A stretch of DNA of 64,000 nt from Nitrospirota bacterium (GCA_963737155.1 CAVTRN010000002.1:1600001-1664000), one strand, 5' to 3'. Shown: positions 1 to 12,618, counted from the first letter of the stretch. The notes: generated by a model from the sequence alone, not told the origin. Numbers and translations: made by a program.

Positions 1-787
1 CTTTTCCCAAAGCGCTCTTATAGAAAAAGGCAATCAGATATACAACACCAGGTGTGCCCCCTGCCATACCATCGGCGGCGGAAAGAAAGTCGGCCCGGAC
101 CTCCAGGGGGTGACGCAAATCCGGCCGAAAAGCTGGCTAGAGTCATTTATTTCTAATCCCGGCAGCATGTTCAACGCGAACGAGCCGGTTGCTGCCGGAC
201 TGTTGAAAGAATACAAGATAAAAATGCCGAATCTTGCATTATCCACTGATGATGTCAATGCAGTGATTGCATTTCTCGAAACCCAAAAAGTCACGACGTC
301 TGCCCTGCCAGAGCCACTAGCGACGACGAAACCTCTGGCAGAAGCCCCTTCGGGAAATCCGGAAACCGGCAACGAGCTTTTTTTCGGGAGGATCGCTTTT
401 AAAAACAATGGGCCCCCCTGCATGGCCTGTCACTCGGTAACGGGAATTCACATTCTGGGTGGCGGCAGCCTCGGCCCGGACCTTACAAGGGTATACGGGG
501 TGTACGGGACCGGGATCGTCTCCGTGCTCACAGATATTCCGTTTCCTACTATGAGACCGCTCTTTGAAAACCATCCCCTCACGACCGGGGAAAAAAAAGA
601 CATCGAGGCTTTTTTTGAAAAAAAATCCACGCTACAGCCCAAGAATTATATGTCACGGATCGTAGTGACAGCGATTACCGGATTCATCGTGTTGATGATC
701 ATAACTATGCTTATAGGGAGGAACAGGCTCGTGACCGTGCGCAAGGCGCTCGTCGAGCGGACACACCAGGGAGGCAAGCAAAAATGA
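1..787 (+). CDS. narC: Membrane-anchored diheme cytochrome c (NarC-like), 5' end outside the window
   Basis: Frame is open from position 2 ([27 protein letters not shown]...). Two CxxCH motifs (CAPCH, CMACH), each followed by GPDL; C-terminal TM helix; stop overlaps the narG start (ATGA). Confidence 0.8.
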   Translation, partial: FSQSALIEKGNQIYNTRCAPCHTIGGGKKVGPDLQGVTQIRPKSWLESFISNPGSMFNANEPVAAGLLKEYKIKMPNLALSTDDVNAVIAFLETQKVTTSALPEPLATTKPLAEAPSGNPETGNELFFGRIAFKNNGPPCMACHSVTGIHILGGGSLGPDLTRVYGVYGTGIVSVLTDIPFPTMRPLFENHPLTTGEKKDIEAFFEKKSTLQPKNYMSRIVVTAITGFIVLMIITMLIGRNRLVTVRKALVERTHQGGKQK

Positions 788-3700
788 GTTGGATCAAGGA
801 CATTGTTGACCCCAAGGCGCGGAGTTGGGAAGAAATGTACCGGAACCGCTGGGAGTACGATAAGCGCGTACGCAGCACCCATGGCGTGAACTGCACGGGC
901 GGCTGTTCCTGGGAAGTTTACGTGAAAGATGGGATCGTGACATGGGAGATGCAAGCTACCGATTACCCGCTCCTTGAACCCGGCCTCCCGCACTACGATC
1001 CGCGCGGCTGTCAGCGCGGGATCACCTTTTCCTGGTATGTCTACAGCCCTTTGCGGGTGAAGTATCCCTATATCCGAGGGGTCCTCGTAGATCTGTGGCG
1101 AAAGGCCCGAGCTGTTCATGCAGATCCTGTTGCGGCCTGGACTGCCGTTGTAGAGAATGAAGTTAGCAGGAAAAGCTACCAGCAGGCGAGGGGCAAAGGG
1201 GGACTGCGCCGGAGCACTTGGGACGAGGTCCTCGAGATCATTGCTGCATCCACGATTTATACGGCGAAAAAATACGGGCCCGACCGGGTCATCGGATTTT
1301 CTCCCATCCCCGCCATGTCCATGCTGAGCTATGCTGCGGGTACAAGGTTTCTCCAGCTCTTCGGCGGCGTGGCCCTGAGCTTCTACGATTGGTATGCCGA
1401 TTTCCCTCCCGCATCTCCCGAAGTGTGGGGCGAGAAAACGGACGTGGCCGAGAGCGCGGACTGGTACAACAGCAAATTTATCGTCACCATGGGTGCTAAC
1501 CTCAACATGACCCGAACGCCTGACGTGCATTTCGTTGCCGAAGCAAGAAACAACGGGACCAAGCTCACCGTGTGCTCGCCGGACTTCAGTCAGATCGCGA
1601 AATACGCCGACTGGTGGCTCCCGATCAACGCGGGCCAAGACGGCGCTTTCTGGATGGCGGTCAATCACGTGATCCTGAAGGAATTTCACGTTGACCACGA
1701 AGTGCCCTATTTTACCGATTATCTCAAGCGTTTCAACGACGCCCCCTTTCTGGTCGAGCTGGAAAAACACCAGGGGTCATACCGGGCAGGGAGGTTCCTG
1801 CGCGCCAATGCCGTAAGTTCTTACCATGACGCAGAACATGGCGATTGGAAGTTTCTCGTCTTCGACAGGAAATCAGACGAACCGCGCATGCCCCAAGGGA
1901 GCATGGGGTTCCGGTGGCAGGAGCGAAAGGGCCAGTGGAACCTCGAGATGAAGGATGGATCGGATGGATGCGCCATCGATCCACTCCTTACACTCCTCGA
2001 TACGCGCGACGGCGCGCTCCCGATGGTCTTTACGGAATTCGCAAGCAAAAGAAACTTCTCCCGGCAAGTGCCGGTACGGCATGTGCAGACGGACAAGGGA
2101 AGAACAGCTGTTACCACGGTCTTCGATCTTTTGATGGCGCAGCATGGAATCGGCCGCGGACTGGAAGGAGAATATCCGAAGAGCTATGACGATCAAGATG
2201 CGCCGTATACACCGGCCTGGCAGGAGCAGTATACCGGCATCGGCAGGGATACGGTGGTCCGCTTTGCCCGTGAATGGGCGCAGACCGCAGAGAAGACGAA
2301 GGGCAAGTGCATGGTCATTGTTGGCTCGGGTATCAACCACTGGTACCATGCGAACATTACTTACCGGACCGCGATCACGTCGCTCATCCTCTGCGGATGT
2401 GTTGGCGTGAACGGCGGTGGCTTGAACCACTACACGGGACAGGAAAAGCTCGCGCCCGAGGCGTCGTGGAAGAGCCTCGCCTTTGCCCTTGACTGGACGC
2501 ACGCTCCCCGGCTGGTGAATGCGCCGTCCTTTCATTATGTGCACTGCGACCAGTGGCGCTATGACGATTCGCAGCATGAGGGTGAAGTCCTGGGACTCCG
2601 GCATCCCATGGACATGCAGGTCAATGCGGTACGTCAGGGCTGGCTGCCTTTTTCCCCCCAGTTCGACCGCAATCCTATTGAGTTAGTGCGTGAGGCCGAA
2701 CAAGCCGGTGCAAAGAGTGAGACTGAAATCATCGACTGGCTCGTAAAGCAGCTGAAGGAAAAGAAAGTCCGGTTCGCCGTGGAAGACCCGGACGCTCCAG
2801 AGAACTGGCCGCGCGTCTGGCATATCTGGAGGGGTAATGCGCTCCTGACGAGTGCTAAGGGGCACGAATATTTTCTCCGCCATTATCTCGGCACGGACTC
2901 GAATGCGGTTGCCGATGAAGCAGGGAACGATACGACGAGCGAAGTAAAACGGGACTGTCCGGCCCCGACAGGAAAACTCGATCTCGTCGTGGACATCAAC
3001 TTTCGCATGGATTCCTCGGCCCTGTACTCGGACATCATTCTTCCGACTGCGACGTGGTATGAAAAGGACGATCTCAACACGACCGATCTCCACTCGTTTA
3101 TCCATCCTTTGTCCGAAGCGGTCCCCCCATGCTGGGAATCGAAGACCGACTGGGACATTTTCAAGGCTGTGGCGGAAAAGGTGAGTGAACTCGCACCAAT
3201 TCATTTTCCCGAACCCTTTCGGGATATCGTAGCTGTTCCGCTCGCGCATGATACGCCACAGGAAATATCCCAGCCCGAAGTCAAAGACTGGTATCGCAAT
3301 GAGTGCGAGCCGATACCGGGAAAGACCATGCCGCAATTTATTGTAGTCGAGCGCGATTATGTGAATCTCCACAACCGGTTCATCTCCTATGGACACCTTG
3401 AGCGGGACGAAGGTATGGCTGAACGGGGCATCCGGTGGGACATCAAGGACCTCTACGACGATTTCACGAAGGCAGCGCCGACAATCACCTGGAACGGAGA
3501 ACAATATCTTTCCCTTGCAAGCGCCCGGGAAGCGGCGAACGTGCTTCTTCATTTTGCGCCGGAGACGAATGGAGAGATCGCTTACCGCGGCTTCAAGGCG
3601 CTTGAGAAATCGGTCGGACTACCGCTTGCCGACCTTGCGGAAAACAATCGCGCTGTCCGGCGGAGTTTTGACGACTTGGTGGCCCAGCCCCGGAGAATAC

Positions 3701-4383
3701 TCACGAGCCCGGTCTGGACGGGCATCACGAATGAAGGGAGAGCTTATGCCTCTTTCTGTCTTAACGTTGAGCGTCTCGTGCCGTGGCGCACGCTTACGGG
3801 ACGGCAGCATTTTTATGTTGACCATGAGGGATACATCGACTTTGGTGAAAACCTTCCGGCTTTTAAATCGAAGATCGGACTTCAGGACACGCGCGATCTT
3901 ATAAAGAGCGCTCCATCGGATAAGGCCCTGGTCCTCAATTGCATCACGCCCCACGGGAAATGGCACATTCACAGTACCTATGCCGACAACCTGATCATGC
4001 TCACGCTCTCGCGCGGGGTTGAGCCCTTCTGGTTGAACCTCGAGGATGCAACGGAGATCGGAGTCAAGGACAATGACTGGATAGAGGTATACAACGATAA
4101 CGGTGTGATCGTGACCCGCGCGGCGGTAAGCGTTCGCGTACCTAGGGGAGTCGGAATCTTTTACCACGCTCCGGAGCGGACGATCTCGATCCCCAAATCT
4201 CCGACAAGAAACAACAAGCGCGGAGGCGGAACGAACAGTATCACGCGCATTCGGCTCAAACCCTCTCTCATGGTCGGCGCTTATGCGCAGCTTTCCTTTG
4301 CCTTCAATGCCTGGGGGCCTCCGGCCGGGGACCGGGACACGTACACAATCGTGCGCAAGCTGGAAGGGAAACCGGTATTTTAA
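784..4383 (+). CDS. narG: Respiratory nitrate reductase alpha subunit (cytoplasmic type, NXR-related clade)
   Basis: 1199 aa; FS0 motif [10 protein letters not shown]...RGC; Mo-ligand region SFYDWYAD; [12 protein letters not shown]; no Tat signal. Confidence 0.96.
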   Translation: MSWIKDIVDPKARSWEEMYRNRWEYDKRVRSTHGVNCTGGCSWEVYVKDGIVTWEMQATDYPLLEPGLPHYDPRGCQRGITFSWYVYSPLRVKYPYIRGVLVDLWRKARAVHADPVAAWTAVVENEVSRKSYQQARGKGGLRRSTWDEVLEIIAASTIYTAKKYGPDRVIGFSPIPAMSMLSYAAGTRFLQLFGGVALSFYDWYADFPPASPEVWGEKTDVAESADWYNSKFIVTMGANLNMTRTPDVHFVAEARNNGTKLTVCSPDFSQIAKYADWWLPINAGQDGAFWMAVNHVILKEFHVDHEVPYFTDYLKRFNDAPFLVELEKHQGSYRAGRFLRANAVSSYHDAEHGDWKFLVFDRKSDEPRMPQGSMGFRWQERKGQWNLEMKDGSDGCAIDPLLTLLDTRDGALPMVFTEFASKRNFSRQVPVRHVQTDKGRTAVTTVFDLLMAQHGIGRGLEGEYPKSYDDQDAPYTPAWQEQYTGIGRDTVVRFAREWAQTAEKTKGKCMVIVGSGINHWYHANITYRTAITSLILCGCVGVNGGGLNHYTGQEKLAPEASWKSLAFALDWTHAPRLVNAPSFHYVHCDQWRYDDSQHEGEVLGLRHPMDMQVNAVRQGWLPFSPQFDRNPIELVREAEQAGAKSETEIIDWLVKQLKEKKVRFAVEDPDAPENWPRVWHIWRGNALLTSAKGHEYFLRHYLGTDSNAVADEAGNDTTSEVKRDCPAPTGKLDLVVDINFRMDSSALYSDIILPTATWYEKDDLNTTDLHSFIHPLSEAVPPCWESKTDWDIFKAVAEKVSELAPIHFPEPFRDIVAVPLAHDTPQEISQPEVKDWYRNECEPIPGKTMPQFIVVERDYVNLHNRFISYGHLERDEGMAERGIRWDIKDLYDDFTKAAPTITWNGEQYLSLASAREAANVLLHFAPETNGEIAYRGFKALEKSVGLPLADLAENNRAVRRSFDDLVAQPRRILTSPVWTGITNEGRAYASFCLNVERLVPWRTLTGRQHFYVDHEGYIDFGENLPAFKSKIGLQDTRDLIKSAPSDKALVLNCITPHGKWHIHSTYADNLIMLTLSRGVEPFWLNLEDATEIGVKDNDWIEVYNDNGVIVTRAAVSVRVPRGVGIFYHAPERTISIPKSPTRNNKRGGGTNSITRIRLKPSLMVGAYAQLSFAFNAWGPPAGDRDTYTIVRKLEGKPVF

Positions 4384-4428
4384 GAGCCAACAGCCTTTTC
4401 ACTAACAATGTCAGACAGGGAGTATCTT

Positions 4429-5916
4429 ATGAACATTCGTGCGCAGGTTTCAATGGTGTTTCACCTTGATAAATGCATTGGTTGTCACACCTGCAGCATC
4501 GCCTGCAAGAACATCTGGACGTCGCGCCGCGGAGCCGAATACATGTGGTGGAACAATGTGGAGACCAAGCCGGGAACGGGCTATCCCACGCTCTGGGAAG
4601 ACCAGGAAAAATACAGTGGCGGCTGGATTCGCGGAAAGGACAAGCCAAAACTCCGGCTCCAGGGCCGGGCAGCTGCGCTCGGCAACATTTTTTTTAATCC
4701 CCGCTTGCCGACTATGGATGACTATTACGAACCCTGGACCTATCGCTATGAAGAGCTGTTTAACGCGCCTCAGAGCAAAGATCAGCCCGTTGCCGCCCCT
4801 GTTTCACAGATGACGAATAAGCATATCGACATCGAGGCCGGCCCGAACTGGGACGACGACCTCGGGGGCTCGTCCATATACGCGGCGAACGATCCCAACT
4901 TCAAGGCCCTGACGGTCGAGGAGCGGAGGCAGGTCTTTGAGATTGAGCGCATGGTCATGTTCTATATGCCGCGCATCTGCAACCATTGCTTGAACCCCGG
5001 CTGCGTTGCAGCCTGTCCGTCGGGAGCTATCTACAAGCGGGGGGAGGACGGAATCGTGCTCGTGAGCCAGGAAAAATGCCGGGCTTGGCGCATGTGCATA
5101 TCCGGGTGCCCGTACAAGAAAACCTATTTCAACTGGAATGCGGGCAAGGCGGAAAAGTGCATCCTCTGCTATCCCCGACAGGAAACAGGCCAGGTGCCTG
5201 CGTGTTTCCATTCCTGCGTCGGCCGCATCCGCTATCTGGGGGTCGTGCTATATGACGCGGACCGGATCAGCGAGATGGCGAATTTGCCGGATAAAGACCT
5301 TGTTGAAGGCCAGCGGTTGCTGATCCTCGATCCTTTTGACAAAGAGGTCGTCAGAAAAGCGAAAGCGGACGGCATTCCTGACGCAGTGCTTGAAACGGCC
5401 CAAAAATCGCCGGTGTACTGGTTCGTGAAAAGATGGAAGCTGGCCCTGCCGCTCCATCCCGAGTTCCGGACCCTGCCCATGCTTTTTTACGTACCTTCGT
5501 TTACGCCGGTCATGGCTTCAGTCGCCAACGGGCTCTATGAGCTCAAGGAATCCCTCTTCGGCTCATACAACAGTTCCCGCGTATCGACCCGCTATCTTGC
5601 CTCGCTCTTTACTGCCGGAGACGAGGACGAGATCGTTCTCGTGAACAGGAAGCTCCTGGCTGTACGCATGTACAAACGGGCGGCGACTGTCAAAGACCTG
5701 GAACAAAATGAAGTGAAGAGAATCCTCGATGAGGCGCGGACAACGCCCGAAGAGGCGGAGGCGATCTATCAGCTGACTTCCCTGCCGTCTTTCAACGACC
5801 GGTTCGTGATACCGCCTTTCCTGCGCGAGCAGGCTGTTGAGTCTGTGCAGAAGCCTCAATCGCACAAGGAAGAGTCGGGCTTCGGATTCATACGTCCTCC
5901 GAAGCGCGGGTGGTAG
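4429..5916 (+). CDS. narH: Nitrate reductase beta subunit
   Basis: DKCIGCHTCSIAC, CNHCLNPGCVAACP, CRAWRMCISGCPY and CILCYP Fe-S motifs. Start chosen at ATG 4429 after GGGAG. Confidence 0.96.
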   Translation: MNIRAQVSMVFHLDKCIGCHTCSIACKNIWTSRRGAEYMWWNNVETKPGTGYPTLWEDQEKYSGGWIRGKDKPKLRLQGRAAALGNIFFNPRLPTMDDYYEPWTYRYEELFNAPQSKDQPVAAPVSQMTNKHIDIEAGPNWDDDLGGSSIYAANDPNFKALTVEERRQVFEIERMVMFYMPRICNHCLNPGCVAACPSGAIYKRGEDGIVLVSQEKCRAWRMCISGCPYKKTYFNWNAGKAEKCILCYPRQETGQVPACFHSCVGRIRYLGVVLYDADRISEMANLPDKDLVEGQRLLILDPFDKEVVRKAKADGIPDAVLETAQKSPVYWFVKRWKLALPLHPEFRTLPMLFYVPSFTPVMASVANGLYELKESLFGSYNSSRVSTRYLASLFTAGDEDEIVLVNRKLLAVRMYKRAATVKDLEQNEVKRILDEARTTPEEAEAIYQLTSLPSFNDRFVIPPFLREQAVESVQKPQSHKEESGFGFIRPPKRGW

Positions 5917-5919
5917 CTC

Positions 5920-6450
5920 ATGATGATGCAAATGAACAAGAATATATACAATTTGCTCGCCAAGGTCCTTGAATATCCCACTTCCGAGATTGCGGTTCAG
6001 GCTGAGACGTGCAGCAGCAGCCTTGGCATCGTTGGCAGCCAGGCGCAGAGGTACTTTTACGGGTTCAAAGAATTCTGCCGGAAAAATCCGATCAGCCGGC
6101 TCGAGGAACTGTACACCGACACCTTCGATCTTCAGGCCATCTGCTGCCCCTATGTGGGCTTTCATCTCTTCGGCGAGAACCGAGGTCGGGGCATGTTCAT
6201 GGTCAGGTTGAAGGAGCATTACCGCAAGGAAGGCTATCCTGCGAACGGAGAGCTTCCTGACCATATCAGCGTCATGCTCATGTACCTTTCGATTGCGGTT
6301 CGGAGCGACGAGACACGAGAGCTTGTAAACTTTTGCCTTATCCCTGCAGTGAAAAAAATGATTCCTTTGTTCAAGAGCAGCGAAAACGTCTACCAAGGGG
6401 TCCTGCAGGCAGCGCTCAGAGCGCTCGAAACGGAAAGTGATAGGTCATAG
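5920..6450 (+). CDS. narJ: Nitrate reductase Mo-cofactor assembly chaperone
   Basis: LLEYP-like motif, EELYTDTFDL and ELPDHI motifs; operon position. Confidence 0.9.
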   Translation: MMMQMNKNIYNLLAKVLEYPTSEIAVQAETCSSSLGIVGSQAQRYFYGFKEFCRKNPISRLEELYTDTFDLQAICCPYVGFHLFGENRGRGMFMVRLKEHYRKEGYPANGELPDHISVMLMYLSIAVRSDETRELVNFCLIPAVKKMIPLFKSSENVYQGVLQAALRALETESDRS

Positions 6451-6454
6451 CGGC

Positions 6455-7033
6455 ATGTCTGTGATGGAAGAATGCAGGCTCGAGTTCGAAAAACCGCTCG
6501 CAGAGTCCGTTCAAAGTTACGGGCACTTGTGCCCCGGACAGGTACTCGGAGTGAAGATGTCCCTTCGGGGCCTGCGCGATCGGCATTCAGGACCCAAAGT
6601 GCAGACAGCGGAAAGATTTCCTTGTCATCGTGGAAATGGACCGCTGCGTGCTCAACGCGGTGCAGTCCGTGACCGGCTGCAGCCCAGGCCGAAGAACGCT
6701 AAGGCTCATGGATTACGGCAAAATGGCAACGACCTTTGTGGACCTGAAAACGGGGCGGTCCGTTCCCGGGAACGGGCAAAAGGCTACTCGCTGGACATCG
6801 ATGACGTTTATGCTGCCCAGTGCGAAGCATACAAGGTCATGTCCGATGTAGAGCTGTTCGAAGTTACGAACGTCGAGGTTTTGCTGAGGGCCGAAGACAT
6901 GCAGGACAGGCCGCTCAGGCGCATCCGCTGCGACATCTGCGGAGAACTGGTACAGGACATGCGCGGGATCTACCGTGGGAGACAGGTGCTGTGCAAGCCC
7001 TGCGCAAATGGTGGGTATTACTTCACGAAGTGA
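6455..7033 (+). pseudogene. FmdE-family protein with C-terminal Zn finger, carrying two compensating frameshifts
   Basis: GHLCPGQVLG lies in one frame. IVEMDRC..AVQSVTGCS.GRRTLRLMDYGKMATTFVDLKTG lies in another frame (~6580-6765). The C-terminus RCDICGE...LCKPC is back in the first frame. Confidence 0.8.
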
Positions 7034-7115
7034 TACCTGGAAATTGCGCGCAGGAAGAGGTCGTGGACGCGCGGGCTGTGGACGTCACTGGGTTTTAGAA
7101 GGGAAGGGGTCATTC

Positions 7116-7841
7116 ATGTCAGAGAGCATTTACTTCATAGTCTTTCCTTATATATCCGTTGTCCTTGCCGTCGGTGTCGGTCTATATCGCTATTTCACGA
7201 ACCGGTTCTCCTATTCGAGCATGTCCTCGCAGTTACTGGAAAACCGCGCGCTCTTCTGGGGATCGGTCTCATGGCATTACGGTATCGTGTTCATCCTCCT
7301 GGCACACGTGCAAGCAACCGTTTTTCCCCGTTCATGGGCCTCGCTGCACGCCAATCCATACAGTATGTTCGTTCTGGGTTTGATCGCACTGACTATGGGC
7401 GCATTCGCAACGATCGGGCTCATCATCCTCATTCTTCGCAGGATCATCGATCCGAAGGCGCGGGTCGTCACCACAGTCATGGACTGGATACTGCTCACGG
7501 ACCTCCTGCTCCAGATCACCGCAGGCCTTTACATCTCGCTGTTCTACCGTTGGGGATCCCTGTGGTATGTATATACTGCCACGCCCTGGCTCGCTTCACT
7601 CGCGACCCTCTCGCCAAGGATAGACCTCATCACTCCCTTACCGTGGATTGTACAATTCCACATGGTGAATGCTTTCGTGGTTATCGGCCTTTTTCCCTTC
7701 ACCCGGCTTGTGCATATTTTTACCGTGCCGCTTTCCTATTTGTGGAGACCGTATCAAGTGGCGATCTGGAACAATGATCGTGCGAGCATGAAAGATGAGA
7801 TGAAAATCGAAACGAAAGGTAATAATCGTGAAGTGGGTTGA
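7116..7841 (+). CDS. narI: Nitrate reductase gamma subunit (b-type cytochrome)
   Basis: FPY, SSQLLE, WHYGI and FPFTRLVH motifs; about five TM helices. Confidence 0.93.
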   Translation: MSESIYFIVFPYISVVLAVGVGLYRYFTNRFSYSSMSSQLLENRALFWGSVSWHYGIVFILLAHVQATVFPRSWASLHANPYSMFVLGLIALTMGAFATIGLIILILRRIIDPKARVVTTVMDWILLTDLLLQITAGLYISLFYRWGSLWYVYTATPWLASLATLSPRIDLITPLPWIVQFHMVNAFVVIGLFPFTRLVHIFTVPLSYLWRPYQVAIWNNDRASMKDEMKIETKGNNREVG

Positions 7842-7965
7842 GGGTTGGTACATCTCATATGCATTACTCGGATTTGCCTCAGTCGGGCTGATGCTAATCT
7901 TATTGCCGCTTCTCGTTGGACGAACGAGCGGAGTCGTAAATAACCTCCATTATTTGCGGATATAA
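7828..7965 (+). pseudogene. Probable truncated N-terminus of an MFS-type membrane protein
   Basis: GTG-started 45-codon ORF overlapping the narI end: MKWVEGWYISYALLGFASVGLMLILLPLLVGRTSG. One TM helix, then an abrupt change to AT-rich sequence. Confidence 0.4.
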
Positions 7966-8180
7966 TTTAAACTAAGAGTGGAGAAAAAAGCCGCCGTACA
8001 AGACAAAAACAGAAAATCCATCGCTTGGCGCCTTCTTACGTGGCGGGAGTGAAAAAAAGATGCAATTTATGTACACATTTATTGTGGGGGACATAGGTGC
8101 CCTTAATGCTGTTAATGTGTATGCGGTTGAATGCTGATACTGCATGCAAAGGGTCAGATTTAAGATGACGAGAGGTGAAA

Positions 8181-9200
8181 ATGAAGATTGGGATGATAGG
8201 ACTAGGGCGAATGGGCGCAAATATGGTAAGGCGATTCATGAAAGGGGGGTATCAGTGCGTCGCGTATGACCTGAACCCCGACGCCGTGCGGGCACTCGAA
8301 CGCGAAGGCGCCGCAGGGGCCAAATCTATCGAAGAGTTCGTCTCCAGCCTTGTGAAGCCGCGGGTAGTCTGGTTGATGGTGCCAGCCGGCGTCGTAGATT
8401 CGATGATCAACACCATCATGCCACTTCTGGAGCACGACGACGTAGTGATCGACGGCGGCAACTCTTACTACCGAGATGACATTCGGCGGGCCGAAGAGCT
8501 GAAGAAACGGGGTATCCATTACGTGGACGTCGGAACGAGTGGCGGTGTCTGGGGATCGGAGAGAGGATATTGTTTGATGATCGGAGGAGAGAAGCAGACC
8601 GTAGAGAGTCTCGATCCGATATTTGCCACTTTGGCTCCCGGCCTCGGTGAAGCGCCACGCACGCCGGGCCGTGAAAATAACGTAGGCACAGCAGAGCGCG
8701 GATATCTCCACTGTGGCCCCAGTGGGGCTGGCCACTTCGTCAAAATGGTGCACAATGGGATCGAATACGGATTGATGGCTGCCTACGCCGAAGGTTTGAA
8801 TATCCTCCGGCACGCCAATATCGGAAAGCAGGGCCGGGAAAAGGATGCTGAGACGACGCCGCTCCGCAATCCAGAATACTATCAATATGATTTGAATCTT
8901 ACAGACATTACCGAACTGTGGCGGCGAGGCAGCGTTATTTCTTCATGGCTTCTCGACCTTAGTGCGATGGCGCTCCTGAATAGTCCCGAACTGAACGATT
9001 TCAAGGGTCGGGTGTCGGATTCGGGAGAGGGGCGTTGGACGATAATGGCTTCCATCGATGAGGGCGTTCCGGCTTACGTGCTCAGCGCTGCGCTTTATGA
9101 GCGTTTCAGTTCGCGGGGTGATGCTGACTTCTCCGACCGGCTGTTGTCCGCGATGCGGTATGAGTTCGGAGGACACGTGGAACGGGCTGCCAAAGGTTGA
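8181..9200 (+). CDS. gnd: 6-phosphogluconate dehydrogenase, decarboxylating (short-chain type)
   Basis: [32 protein letters not shown] and DSGEGRW motifs. Confidence 0.95.
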   Translation: MKIGMIGLGRMGANMVRRFMKGGYQCVAYDLNPDAVRALEREGAAGAKSIEEFVSSLVKPRVVWLMVPAGVVDSMINTIMPLLEHDDVVIDGGNSYYRDDIRRAEELKKRGIHYVDVGTSGGVWGSERGYCLMIGGEKQTVESLDPIFATLAPGLGEAPRTPGRENNVGTAERGYLHCGPSGAGHFVKMVHNGIEYGLMAAYAEGLNILRHANIGKQGREKDAETTPLRNPEYYQYDLNLTDITELWRRGSVISSWLLDLSAMALLNSPELNDFKGRVSDSGEGRWTIMASIDEGVPAYVLSAALYERFSSRGDADFSDRLLSAMRYEFGGHVERAAKG

Positions 9201-9331
9201 TTATTTATCCGGGGAAGGGAAATTAACAGGGAAAAGCGATGACGCTTTGGCCTGGAAAGCCCATCATTCAATACCTGGGTATCTCTTCATCAACTTAGCG
9301 AGTGCAACAGGGAAATCAGGGAGGGAAGACA

Positions 9332-11176
9332 ATGGTTAACGAAGAATTGACGGGCAAGGTGAAGGAATTAGCCACTCTGATTCGTTACTATATTCTTATC
9401 ATGACCACAGAGGCCGGTTCAGGCCATCCAACCTCGTCACTCTCAGCCACAGAGTTGATGGCCTGCCTTTTTTTTGGCGGCATTTTCAGATTCGATGCAG
9501 ACCATCCCAAATTCAACAATAATGACCGCTTAATATTTTCTAAGGGTCATGCATCCCCACTCCTCTATGCACTATGGGCTGCTGCCGGGAAGCTGACGGA
9601 AAAGGACCTGATGACCTACAGAAAATTTGGTAGTCCTCTGGAAGGACATCCGAGCATTGTCTTTCCCTATGTTGAAGCCGCAACAGGCTCTCTCGGGCAG
9701 GGTCTTTCCATCGGCGTGGGAATGGCTTTGAATGCAAAGTACCTAGATCAGCTCCCCTATAGGACCTATGTCCTCCTTGGGGACAGCGAAATGGCCGAAG
9801 GCTCCCAGTGGGAATCCATGCAGATTGCAGCCCATTACAAGTTAAACAACCTTGTCGGCATTCTCGATGTGAATCGGTTGGGGCAGCGTGGAGAAACAAT
9901 GTACGGCTGGGACCTCGATGCTTACCAAAAAAGGATTTCCTCTTTCGGATGGAAAACGATGCTCTTCGACGGTCATTCCATCTCCGAAGTGCTCACTGCG
10001 TACGAAGAAGCACTTCACGCCGACGATCAGCCGGTAATGTTGATCGGGAAAACGATTAAAGGGAAAGGAGTCTCTTTCATTGAGAACAAAAATGGCTGGC
10101 ATGGAAAAACCCTTACCAGAGAGGAATGTGACCGGGCGCTCAAGGAATTAGGAGAGATTGATAAATCAGTTCGAGGAAAAATATCCCTTCCAAAGGATCT
10201 GAAACAAAAAGAAAAGCCTGCCAAAAAGCCGTTTAAAAAAGTCGATTATCCGGTGGATAAGCCTGTTGCCACCCGGAAGGCCTATGGTAATGCACTGGTG
10301 AGAATTTATCCACAATTTCCCGATATGGTAAGCTTGGACGGTGAGGTGAGCAATTCAACCTATGCGGCGATATTCAAAGAGGCTTACCCGGAACGATTTT
10401 TTGAGATGTACATTGCCGAACAGAATATGATAGGAGCGGCACTAGGACTGTCTTGCCGGGGCAAAATTCCTTTCGTCTCCACGTTTGCATCATTTTTTTC
10501 ACGGGCTTTCGATCAAATCAGGATGAGCCAGTACTCTGATCCGAACATCAAATTTGTCGGATCGCATGCAGGGGTGTCGATTGGGGAAGATGGGCCTTCT
10601 CAGATGGGTCTCGAAGACATTGCCATGTTCAGAACGATTTCAAATAGTGTTGTCTTCTATCCATCGGATGCGGTATCTGCTGAAAAGTTAATCGAAGAAT
10701 CGGCAAAGCATTATGGCATTGTTTACATTCGTACCACAAGAAAAGAGACTCCTATCCTCTATAATCAGGAAGAGCAGTTTAAAGTTGGGGGAAGTAAAGT
10801 TTTAAGAAAGAGCGAGAAAGACAGTGTCACCGTTATCGCGGCAGGCATTACGCTTCACGAAGCACTGGATGCTTATGAGGTATTAAAAAAAGAAGGGGTT
10901 TACATCCGTGTTATCGATCTTTACAGCGTAAAACCGATTGATGAGACAACCCTGCGCGAGGCTGCAAGCGCTACTAAGTTGATCATCACTGTGGAAGATC
11001 ATTATGCCGAAGGAGGGCTTGGAGAAGCCGTGAAAAGTGCCATGGTCTCTTATCCCATCCCTGTCTATTCTTTATCAGTCAAAAGGAAACCGAAAAGCGG
11101 CAAACCCCAGGAACTCCTCGACTATGAGGAAATCTCTTGGACGGCCATTATTAAAAAGGTGAAAGAGCTTCTCTAA
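9332..11176 (+). CDS. tkt: Transketolase (short ~615 aa form)
   Basis: SGHPTSS, SKGHA, GSLGQG, TPP motif GDSE...N, IAEQN and GEDGPSQ. Confidence 0.94.
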   Translation: MVNEELTGKVKELATLIRYYILIMTTEAGSGHPTSSLSATELMACLFFGGIFRFDADHPKFNNNDRLIFSKGHASPLLYALWAAAGKLTEKDLMTYRKFGSPLEGHPSIVFPYVEAATGSLGQGLSIGVGMALNAKYLDQLPYRTYVLLGDSEMAEGSQWESMQIAAHYKLNNLVGILDVNRLGQRGETMYGWDLDAYQKRISSFGWKTMLFDGHSISEVLTAYEEALHADDQPVMLIGKTIKGKGVSFIENKNGWHGKTLTREECDRALKELGEIDKSVRGKISLPKDLKQKEKPAKKPFKKVDYPVDKPVATRKAYGNALVRIYPQFPDMVSLDGEVSNSTYAAIFKEAYPERFFEMYIAEQNMIGAALGLSCRGKIPFVSTFASFFSRAFDQIRMSQYSDPNIKFVGSHAGVSIGEDGPSQMGLEDIAMFRTISNSVVFYPSDAVSAEKLIEESAKHYGIVYIRTTRKETPILYNQEEQFKVGGSKVLRKSEKDSVTVIAAGITLHEALDAYEVLKKEGVYIRVIDLYSVKPIDETTLREAASATKLIITVEDHYAEGGLGEAVKSAMVSYPIPVYSLSVKRKPKSGKPQELLDYEEISWTAIIKKVKELL

Positions 11177-11223
11177 GGTCAAAGGTTTCATCAAAAGATA
11201 GCGACGAAATATGGAGGTTGAAA

Positions 11224-12618
11224 ATGACAGCTCCCAATTCGGACGCGTTTGTATTCTTCGGCGCGACCGGTGACCTGGCGTATAAGCAGATATTTCCTGC
11301 ACTTCAGGCGATGATCCAGCACGGCCATCTCGACGTTCCTGTTATCGGTGTGTCGAAGTCAGGCTGGGATATCAAAAAATTTAAAGAACGCGCCAGGGAT
11401 AGTCTCAAAAAGCACGGCGGTGTGAATGCAAAGGCGTTTGTAAAGCTCTGCTCGCTGTTGAAATATATTGACGGCGATTATCATGACGACGCGACTTATG
11501 AGATGTTGCGCAAGGCGCTCAGAAATACCAAGCGGCCCCTGCACTACTTGGCAATCCCGCCAAGTATGTTCGCCACCGTGGTCGAAGGACTCGCGAGGTC
11601 GCGCTGCGCGCAAAACGCCCGCGTCGTTGTCGAGAAGCCGTTCGGGCGCGACCTCGCTTCGGCCCGAGAGTTGAACAAAATCATCACGTCGGTATTCCCC
11701 GAATCGGCGATCTTCCGGATAGACCATTTCCTCGGGAAGGAGGCGATTATGAATATCCTTTATTTTCGCTTCGCCAATTCGTTCCTGGAGCCGATCTGGA
11801 ACCGCAACTGCGTGGCCAGCGTCCAGATCACATTGTCCGAGGATTTCGGCGTGGAGGATCGCGGCGCGTTTTACGAAACTGCCGGCTGCCTGCGCGACGT
11901 CATTCAGAACCACCTTTTCCAGATCGTCGCGCTGCTTGCGATGGAACCGCCTGCCTATAGGGGCTATGAAGCCGTACAGAACGAGAAATGCAAGGTCTTT
12001 CAAGCCATGCGCCCTCTGAAGCCAGACGACCTGGTGCGCGGCCAGTATGCCGGCTACCGAAAGGAGCCGAGCGTGGCGAAGCGCTCCGACGTCGAGACTT
12101 TTTGCGCGCTGAGGCTTTTCATCGACTCGTGGCGCTGGGAGGGTGTACCGTGGTACTTGCGCTCCGGCAAGTTTCTGGCTGAAACGGCGGCCGAGGTCCT
12201 GGTGGAACTGAAGCCGCCGCCGCAGAGGTTGTTTGCCGACTCAGCGCCGACGACCGGGCGGGCTAACTATCTGCGCTTTCGGCTGTCTCCCAGCACCGCC
12301 ATCGCTATCGCCGCTCGCGTCATGCGCGCAGGAAAGGAGTTTATCGGCGACCAGCGAGAGCTCTACTTGGTTGAAGAACAATCGGGAGAGGAAGCGCCTT
12401 ATGAGCGGCTTTTAGGAGATGCCATGGCTGGCGACGGAGCGCTTTTTACCCGTGAAGACGCGGTTGAGGCCGCCTGGGCGGTGGTCGACCCGGTCCTTAA
12501 GACCCACCACCGGGCTCATCCCTATAAGCGGGGCAGCTGGGGACCGAAAGAGGCTGGTGCACTCATCGCGACAGATGGCGGCTGGCATAATCCAAAACCA
12601 GAGAAAGCGGCCGAATGA
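11224..12618 (+). CDS. zwf: Glucose-6-phosphate 1-dehydrogenase
   Basis: [21 protein letters not shown] and RDVIQNH motifs. Confidence 0.96.
   Translation: MTAPNSDAFVFFGATGDLAYKQIFPALQAMIQHGHLDVPVIGVSKSGWDIKKFKERARDSLKKHGGVNAKAFVKLCSLLKYIDGDYHDDATYEMLRKALRNTKRPLHYLAIPPSMFATVVEGLARSRCAQNARVVVEKPFGRDLASARELNKIITSVFPESAIFRIDHFLGKEAIMNILYFRFANSFLEPIWNRNCVASVQITLSEDFGVEDRGAFYETAGCLRDVIQNHLFQIVALLAMEPPAYRGYEAVQNEKCKVFQAMRPLKPDDLVRGQYAGYRKEPSVAKRSDVETFCALRLFIDSWRWEGVPWYLRSGKFLAETAAEVLVELKPPPQRLFADSAPTTGRANYLRFRLSPSTAIAIAARVMRAGKEFIGDQRELYLVEEQSGEEAPYERLLGDAMAGDGALFTREDAVEAAWAVVDPVLKTHHRAHPYKRGSWGPKEAGALIATDGGWHNPKPEKAAE

Noticed and set aside
646-4167. Long antisense ORFs within narG, and similar shadows in pgi, zwf, ftsH, selB and glnE
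   Set aside because: They are shadow frames of GC-rich genes with no recognisable motifs.
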